Program-made: the position numbers and the translations under genes | Shown here: in pieces, positions 16,401-20,000 of the stretch | Numbering within the stretch: position 1 is the stretch's first letter | How the letters are laid out: every line of letters starts with the position of its first letter | Notes under the pieces: generated by a model | Databases searched by the model: none | The model's input: only the letters and a program-made list of their open reading frames with translations | What the model was told of the DNA's origin: nothing | From: an uncultured virus (IMG/VR IMGVR_UViG_3300037466_001780) | Lineage: Duplodnaviria > Heunggongvirae > Uroviricota > Caudoviricetes | Virus record (IMG/VR): IMGVR_UViG_3300037466_001780 | Strand: one strand, 5' to 3' | Length of the DNA: 20,000 bases

Positions 16401-16442
16401 TCTATATTTGGTTATAGTGCTCGGTGTATATTCTATACTCAA
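10476..16442 (-). CDS. Giant tail fibre / receptor-binding protein (1988 aa) with an SPbeta YomF-like N-terminus
   Basis: TTG start with AGGAGG RBS; N-terminal GKIDDPF...QLAEIP...FIVDYSEGIVQF..SEEGK..V.YMGRG...RVWT resembles YomF as I recall it; AExxRxx heptads; Ser/Thr-rich beta domains with CBM-like ends (QLEKGSVVNPFVPY, KLQKGVTATEWTP). Confidence 0.85.
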   Translation of the reverse strand: MSIEYTPSTITKYRSGKIDDPFLPLSESKKIINQQIQLAEIPVSKNGVTIQGYVENKTIPIGGLSATGFIVDYSEGIVQFAASEEGKTVSVSYMGRGNHYISSTRVWTQQDNGTVTETLADVVNNMSATESARVTAENSRVSAENARANNEGNRVNAENARVSAESTRTTNFTTIQTNMAIQWKGSVVTFAALPGSPATGDAYSVTADGTSSNNGFWRWSGTAWVKINAINPNGTALQSDFDSLDAVRADFERQRSYSGVVDFNANKTPANSVNGFPLLLWSQNNTTPLNSFGMPTQTAVINGYKISVNKADYTPGGTQYSAITLNAPPTYGYREDLVFLEAWFPTGVRGTLSWRIRVVDGVDFGTYSVDGFATPLNIMNQYTLAQGGAGAPMTAPDVSNVYTFYSASARQATGITAKKIFTDDVGLYIAGLGDASSKTNLATNDGYVYAIPLFRIKRRNSGGYRRDNLNGARDFWATTQSVVFSPSLPYGSNQQITLSAADYNNVQVGDTLNNFGSNPTLRVYVLSKDGSNKVTVMNTSTNQTTLVSIGNGTWGLYSAPDHRPDGLYSNIIDASDIIDLRHRIPVNFMPNMEVESTFDNLMRGALTTKDTKLAQKDVYGLRKAPLGLAQTLNSTAVKRADGTSVDLSNKIGVMGRGDSVSGWTLGSATVVIVQDGRSVFKLSGTVPFNKMFTSTAVQPNTYYLYVATVKKISGSGLVSMYLRENSSTNPAVAGVSTAAVSNTSDTTKYVTTYLKYQTTGSASTLIPSLEITTGDTVGQAYGLAVYQIDQATYNLIDVDANWTGGDKIGALFPYVDSYPNFVENLCPTTVDAWEQGSYDSSGNNASTTSRIRTINLIPVQPNTQYSVSSNGGSITVFEYQSDGTFVVQGTAFAPSGTFTTAANTAKVKIRLSNNPTSTNVPDDVSKLLPQLEKGSVVNPFVPYGRWYLDKDYLANGHMVQSGTLSTFHYEGINGGNFNGQRIAYGDPQQSITVVDVVDPTWNGVNRPKHVIPTQATSGVWAIGDTIKIHSDYGGITGATAGFSKILEDKTGVTSPTTIKVSDVSKFTASDHVTRFDGVSTYTVTDLTVDSVDSTNSTATLSWTGGAGLNFVSGTYLLETSSSLPTVTATGIAGTWSGLGTKDATYTITTAPTTNTSNITITYAVNYPAGKGLPQVATDILKAAVNGDELLAANTVSVKANFAGKVSGSTDLVPHTLKGIITTTSLTPSPGGTEVSQANYNNAFALDGTLATTSRATLNDVSQHVFQFDLIRAIEDKYGEIPADGTASKKTWLTNNITQISCTWNGYGSGLAGNKAYVAEWINGAWNASPASHTNGTVTSLTRNNTVISSVVDSNGFYYALAYADASDGVTASTINTDYVELSITLKTSAISAFDSTTEASGFTTLQPTNPFPVLSENMLDQNQAFPLDTSGWASYNGGALSVTTPGTITIATPGTSSPEGGVLSAGSAKAGEYFTATCLVSGSGTINVQLYRDSSVQMAAQSVTLSSTPTKITLTGKADADTSSAIRLYFRTPSVSAVTVNVSQIKLQKGVTATEWTPGRKRKVTLNFLGKVAGSTVEVPHRGLWTHGSTFPNPTTVTGEISNSEYSSIVKQDGVLDFYSAGTTGEYAQFIYEFDLSHLGMTTAQLKAAVRSMTISWTGYGSGDNASVLTNGATLKAWKGSWSTSGDTLYGTNTTSSPATISQTTSSNTYIDNNQKIYVLVHSTYPASATNPSNIYTDYVKLDVTLADYVDYTKSNIVKIRPETKEMKLWFPAKSSKYLGGNLGEASQVELWYRYVPYQGQGSISKSKILAVGTPIITTLGTGSATSDGDPVGDKNITTRLPSPTADYNLIADKFTSEGVLTTFDSLTLKRMPLASSGNYRFVPTAGLYFEPNSTTSESVVRGSTQDVRLSSDTVSGSVALGNYKFSIPTTLPTEALIYLPMLVSDSGELKLVVVSFRKSKSSTLLFKSTEAVYDHFKLAGRPLVKGV
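11205..12855 (-). repeat. Duplicated domain of about 185 aa in the tail fibre (approx. 12287-12855 and 11205-11755) flanking a CBM-like domain
   Basis: Shared motifs NFAGKVSGSTDLVPH / NFLGKVAGSTVEVPH, FQFDL / YEFDL, TWNGYGSG / SWTGYGSG, INTDYVELSITL / IYTDYVKLDVTL. Confidence 0.85.
15940..16056 (-). repeat. Heptad (21-nt) AExxRxx coiled-coil repeats in the tail-fibre neck
   Basis: TESARVT AENSRVS AENARAN NEGNRVN AENARVS AESTR. Confidence 0.85.
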
Positions 16443-16462
16443 CCAAGTTGACCTCCTTTTAT

Positions 16463-16496
16463 AAAATAAAAGAAGAAGTCAATAATTGACTTCTTC
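16463..16496 (-). terminator. Intrinsic terminator-like hairpin between the FN3-like and tail-fibre genes
   Basis: GAAGAAGTCAA (16472-16482) / TTGACTTCTTC (16486-16496); minus-strand tail TTTTATTTT. Confidence 0.75.
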
Positions 16497-16532
16497 GGTG
16501 AGTTGTTTTCATATGTTAAATAAAATCTTGAT

Positions 16533-17723
16533 TTACGGGATACTGTTTAGCGAATCACGTAAGCCATTTAGATATGATGCCAAAACATCCTGCCCACTTG
16601 AGACCGAAGAAGGCGGGGAAGTGGGGGGAGACATACTCGCAATAGCTGTTCGAACCTCATTAAACATGTTGGCAGTAAACGAAAACCCTGATGAAAAGAA
16701 ATTGTTGTATGTCCACGAATAAGCCGACATGCCTTTCCAAGCCCGGAACTGTTGAATTTTATCGAGCAGCGCTTGCCATTCGGTGGCAGTTAAGTTGAAA
16801 TTTCCTCCTGATACTTTGGAAGTTGACCAAGCAAAATTGCTTGGACGAACAGCAGGGGTGGTCGTCGTGACGTTTCTATCAATTGTGGTTTCGTTGCCCT
16901 GCCTGTCCTGCGCGACAAATCGCAGCGCATAGAGTGTTCCAGCGTTTAAAGGATTGCCTAGTCCGTCAGCCGTGATATGCCCATCTGTTCCGCTTGCCGT
17001 AAACGTCGTGCCGATGTTATATAGCGTTCCTCCGCCGGGGCCAGACATGTAAATGTCCAATCGGTTAAATCCACTCTCTGAGTCCGATGACGACCATGTA
17101 AAGTCGATGAAGGTATCTCCCGGAGTCGTACCGATGGTAAGAGACGGCGGCGTGGTGTCCACCAGCAAACTAATGCTTGCTGAACCACTCCCACCCGATC
17201 CACCAGCGTTTGTCGGCGTGACGGTGAGTGAATAACTGCCCGATGATTGGTTCGTCAGTGTAAGACTGGTTAAGGTTGTCGTCCCGCTTGCTGCGCCAGA
17301 ATACGTGTAACCCGTAGCCCCACCCGGATTGCTCCATGAAAATGTTACATTTGCGGGAGCGTATGTAGCGGAACGGCTTGCCGACACAAGACCTGAAAGA
17401 CTGTTAGGGAGGGATGTGAACGAATTGCTTCCGCATGTGAACCAATCCCCGCTTACCGTTCTTACGCCACCATACAGAGTATAAGAGTTTCCCGCTGAAG
17501 TGGCCCCGCTCACCGATATCGTATTTGTTGATGTGCTACTGTTTACACTCGGGGCAGATTGACTCGAAACAAGACCACTCGGTTGCGTACTTTGCCCGTT
17601 TGTAAACGGAGCATTGAAAAGCGCAGCAGTTGTATAGAAACTAGTGTTAAATGGATTAGAAAGCCCACTGATCGACCAGTTAAATGACGTTGGGCCTGTG
17701 GGTGAACAATTTGTTGAAGGCAT
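16533..17723 (-). CDS. Ser/Thr/Gly-rich fibronectin-III/Ig-like tail protein (396 aa)
   Basis: Start moved to ATG 17723 (GGGAG RBS at 17735-17731; the longer ORF start lies inside a terminator). FN3-like motifs (VTFSWSNPGGATGY, YSLTVTPTNAGGSG, DTTPP, LNAGTLY); C-terminal RPSNFAW...FNLTATEW...FRAWKG domain seen in Bacillota phage tail proteins. Confidence 0.8.
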   Translation of the reverse strand: MPSTNCSPTGPTSFNWSISGLSNPFNTSFYTTAALFNAPFTNGQSTQPSGLVSSQSAPSVNSSTSTNTISVSGATSAGNSYTLYGGVRTVSGDWFTCGSNSFTSLPNSLSGLVSASRSATYAPANVTFSWSNPGGATGYTYSGAASGTTTLTSLTLTNQSSGSYSLTVTPTNAGGSGGSGSASISLLVDTTPPSLTIGTTPGDTFIDFTWSSSDSESGFNRLDIYMSGPGGGTLYNIGTTFTASGTDGHITADGLGNPLNAGTLYALRFVAQDRQGNETTIDRNVTTTTPAVRPSNFAWSTSKVSGGNFNLTATEWQALLDKIQQFRAWKGMSAYSWTYNNFFSSGFSFTANMFNEVRTAIASMSPPTSPPSSVSSGQDVLASYLNGLRDSLNSIP

Positions 17724-17753
17724 ACTTTCACTCCCAAATTGAAAAAAGAAACG

Positions 17754-17781
17754 AAAAAAGTCCTCCATGACAAGGAGGACT
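17754..17781 (-). terminator. Intrinsic terminator upstream of the FN3-like gene
   Basis: AGTCCTCC (17759-17766) / GGAGGACT (17774-17781), 7-nt loop; long minus-strand U-rich tail. Confidence 0.8.
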
Positions 17782-17788
17782 GGAAACT

Positions 17789-17821
17789 TTTACAATATGT
17801 GTTCGTATAATTGTATATAAT
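17789..17821 (+). promoter_or_regulatory. Probable sigma-A promoter region of the moron
   Basis: Two perfect TATAAT boxes (17806-17811, 17816-17821) and TTTACA at 17789-17794; -35 spacing is not ideal for either box. Confidence 0.45.
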
Positions 17822-17852
17822 GTAGTTAATAATTAATGATGAGGTGAATGAT

Positions 17853-18518
17853 GTGAGGAAATCTGTGATTGCAATTTCAAGTTTTCTTGTTGGTGTTTCT
17901 TGTATGACTATCACTTCTGCATTTGCTCAGACCCCATTGAAGCAGGTTAAGGCTTTCATTCGTAATGATTTAACCATTAAAGTTAATGGAAAAGAAACTC
18001 AAACGAACAATGACATAATTATTTACAACGACAGAACATATTTGGCCCTTCGGGATATAGAAGAAGTCTCAGGAATTATGGTTGGTTGGGATCAGAAGAA
18101 GAAGGAAATTTCTATTAAAACGGAAACCAGTGATCCATCTAATAGCAGCAACACTAACTCTGATCCGGTTTTAATCCCAATTCCGCCTGCAACTCCATTT
18201 GAGGTTGTCGATCCTGACACTAAAAAAATAGTTGCAAACGCACATCCACCGATTGTTATTAATGGTATTACTTATGTAAATGTTGGCGTACAACTTATGC
18301 TTCACGACTTGCCTTGGGATATAATAAAAATTCAATATAAAGAGAATGATTTTCCCATTGGTTTTGATATCAAATTAAAAGATGGAACTGTCGCACATTA
18401 TAATGCCTACTTCATTAGTAAGAATGTGGATACTAATTCTGCTGATCTGCTATTCAATACCTCTAGGAATTACTACATTAAGGAAGATATCATGAATTAT
18501 CTTATCAATAATATTTAA
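17853..18518 (+). CDS. Secreted copper-amine-oxidase N-terminal-like (stalk) domain protein; antisense moron
   Basis: GTG at 17853 with GAGGTG RBS; signal peptide MRKSVIAISSFLVGVSCMTITSAFA; IKVNGK...IIIYNDRTYLALRDIEEVSGIMVGWD stalk motif; AT-rich (18/60 GC in line 18361); its stop shares TTAA with the convergent tail gene. Confidence 0.85.
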   Translation: MRKSVIAISSFLVGVSCMTITSAFAQTPLKQVKAFIRNDLTIKVNGKETQTNNDIIIYNDRTYLALRDIEEVSGIMVGWDQKKKEISIKTETSDPSNSSNTNSDPVLIPIPPATPFEVVDPDTKKIVANAHPPIVINGITYVNVGVQLMLHDLPWDIIKIQYKENDFPIGFDIKLKDGTVAHYNAYFISKNVDTNSADLLFNTSRNYYIKEDIMNYLINNI

Positions 18519-20000
18519 CCAAACTTTGCTGTAACAGGAGGCAATCCGTCTACCGTTGCAGTGCTAAAATTTACATGAGTACCGCTAAAATTTACATTGC
18601 CTGCAAAATAAGTTGTACTGCCTACACTTGCATTGCCTATATGGATTGAATCGGATGATACAGTAATATCATTCGTACCTGAGAGCAGCAGATTATCGTG
18701 AGATAATAATAACTGCTCGTATCCTTGGCTCGTATCCTTAAAAATGCCGCCAGTTTGTATTCCGCCTGAATACCACTTTAAGAACCCTGTCGAGCCATCT
18801 AGAGTGAATCCATCTTTAGTCGATGAATTTAAAGATTGCAGCTCTGATCCGCTAAGGACAAGCCTTCTGCCAGTTGTCGCTGTCTGTAACACTCCACCTG
18901 TAATCGTAGGAGAAAATATTTGAGAACCACTAATGAAAGTTCCGCCTGAATAAGTACCATTGGCGATCTGTTGTGCTGTCGTAAGTGCACTATTCGCGGT
19001 TGATGACGCACTTGTTGCAACAGGATCACTGTTCACACTTGACCAAGAAATAGATCCACCGGACATATTAATATCGCCACTAATCGTTGCACCTGTAGCT
19101 GTGAACGTACCATCTACCGCAACTGAAAATTTACTACCTATATTCATGATTCCACTTGTCACATTGATATTAGAGACAGTTAAATCGCTGGCTATTAATT
19201 TTCCATCGATGCCTGCTGATAATTTATCCGTCCAAGTTACTCCATCAGCAGAGGATTGAATCTTAATACCATCTGTACCATTTATCTTTACACGGCTCTT
19301 ATTGTCTGCTCTGCTAACCGTAAGATCCATTGCAGAAACATTCATGCCGTTAGCATCGATACTTACTGTTCCCGCTGAGTTTGTAATAGTGAGATTCACG
19401 CCAGCAAGAATTTGCCCAATAAGTCTCTGAGCATAAACCCCATCAGCATTCATAACGGTATCCCATGTATTACCATTATTATCCGTTAGAGCGATTTGAC
19501 CATGCTGAATTACCACATATTTATTCGGATCTGTTAAATCTCTTGTGATAATTCCTTTGCGGTCAATAGTCACACTTTCATTGTTACTAGCAGTAATGGC
19601 TCTTGCCGCAGCACTCCATACACTGTCTAAAACACTCTGAACTTCATTTACATCTGAAGCAGCAGAATTCCATTTGTATTGATTATTCGAAACTGTGCCT
19701 GATGTAATATTCGATCTATATAGATCTCTGAGAACTCTAGCCTCATCGGTTAAGAGTTCTTTGACGTTACTTATGGTAATGGTGACATCATCTGATTCAT
19801 AATCAACACTAAATCCCATTATTTTTGCTTTAACGTCTATTCCGACTTTTGTGTTGGTGATTTTGATGATGTTGCCAAGTTGAAGTTTATTCCATCGTGA
19901 TTGCTCGGTAATGCATTTCATAAAATTGACAATGCCGATTTCCACAACAATCTTTGGTGTTTTAACTTTTTCAAATTCTTCAACCATAAGATCATAAAGT
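18515..20000 (-). CDS. 5'-partial tail-tip/spike protein, SPbeta YomG-like (siphovirus type)
   Basis: The frame stays open to the window edge (LYDLMVEEF...). WNKLQLGNIIKI...VKAKI...DYE...ITISN, then IALTDNNGNTWDTVMNADGVYAQRLIGQILAG and beta-helical repeats typical of siphovirus tail spikes. Confidence 0.82.
   Translation of the reverse strand, partial: LYDLMVEEFEKVKTPKIVVEIGIVNFMKCITEQSRWNKLQLGNIIKITNTKVGIDVKAKIMGFSVDYESDDVTITISNVKELLTDEARVLRDLYRSNITSGTVSNNQYKWNSAASDVNEVQSVLDSVWSAAARAITASNNESVTIDRKGIITRDLTDPNKYVVIQHGQIALTDNNGNTWDTVMNADGVYAQRLIGQILAGVNLTITNSAGTVSIDANGMNVSAMDLTVSRADNKSRVKINGTDGIKIQSSADGVTWTDKLSAGIDGKLIASDLTVSNINVTSGIMNIGSKFSVAVDGTFTATGATISGDINMSGGSISWSSVNSDPVATSASSTANSALTTAQQIANGTYSGGTFISGSQIFSPTITGGVLQTATTGRRLVLSGSELQSLNSSTKDGFTLDGSTGFLKWYSGGIQTGGIFKDTSQGYEQLLLSHDNLLLSGTNDITVSSDSIHIGNASVGSTTYFAGNVNFSGTHVNFSTATVDGLPPVTAKFG

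Larger units (their letters stand above)
1..20000. mobile_element. Bacillota (probably Paenibacillaceae) phage/prophage segment: tail, putative ejection, lysis and end-of-early-region genes
   Basis: Continuous run of tail-fibre, XkdX, holin, endolysin, RuvC-like and FtsK/Replic_Relax genes; no host housekeeping genes; strong GGAGG-type RBSs. No att site or integrase lies in the window, so free phage versus prophage cannot be decided. Confidence 0.93.

Noticed and set aside
10476..16442. Diversity-generating retroelement or invertase shufflon acting on the tail fibre
   Set aside because: No reverse transcriptase or invertase in the window, and I found no TR/VR pair with adenine-specific mismatches or inverted crossover sites; the internal duplication is old and visible mainly at protein level. 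A trans-acting system outside the window cannot be excluded.
17724..17768. ORF-track starts at 17768, 3642, 2429, 17844, 27 and 19987
   Set aside because: RBS position and gene overlaps favour 17723, 3612, 2477 and 17853; the frames at 27 and 19987 stay open to the window edges, so those genes are partial.
1..20000. tRNA, rRNA, CRISPR arrays, introns/inteins, att sites
   Set aside because: Intergenic gaps are short (about 130 nt at most) and are accounted for by RBSs, promoters and terminators; no such signatures were seen by eye.

Overview
The whole window is phage or prophage DNA, most likely from a Paenibacillaceae host (a copper-amine-oxidase-N 'stalk' protein and a Paenibacillus-type endolysin tail point to this). 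The minus strand carries a late module, read right to left: a partial SPbeta YomG-like tail-tip protein, an FN3-like tail protein, a 1988-aa tail fibre with an SPbeta YomF-like N-terminus, an acidic XkdW-like protein, an XkdX-family peptide missing from the ORF track, two large proteins (795 and 1131 aa) resembling podovirus ejection proteins, and a BhlA-like holin / GH73 endolysin / second holin cassette. An AT-rich secreted-protein moron lies antisense inside the tail module. At the left, a plus-strand gene run (conserved phage protein, RuvC-like nuclease, two small proteins) is interrupted by an antisense FtsK/SpoIIIE + Replic_Relax pair. Three points stand out: (1) siphovirus (SPbeta-like) tail genes are joined to podovirus-like ejection genes, with a composition change inside the tail-fibre gene, which is either a real hybrid or an assembly chimera; (2) a helical-hairpin motif is shared between the endolysin C-terminus and a duplicated domain of the 795-aa protein; (3) the FtsK-relaxase cassette has sporulation-type CATA boxes upstream. 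All family assignments come from motif recognition by eye, not from database searches.
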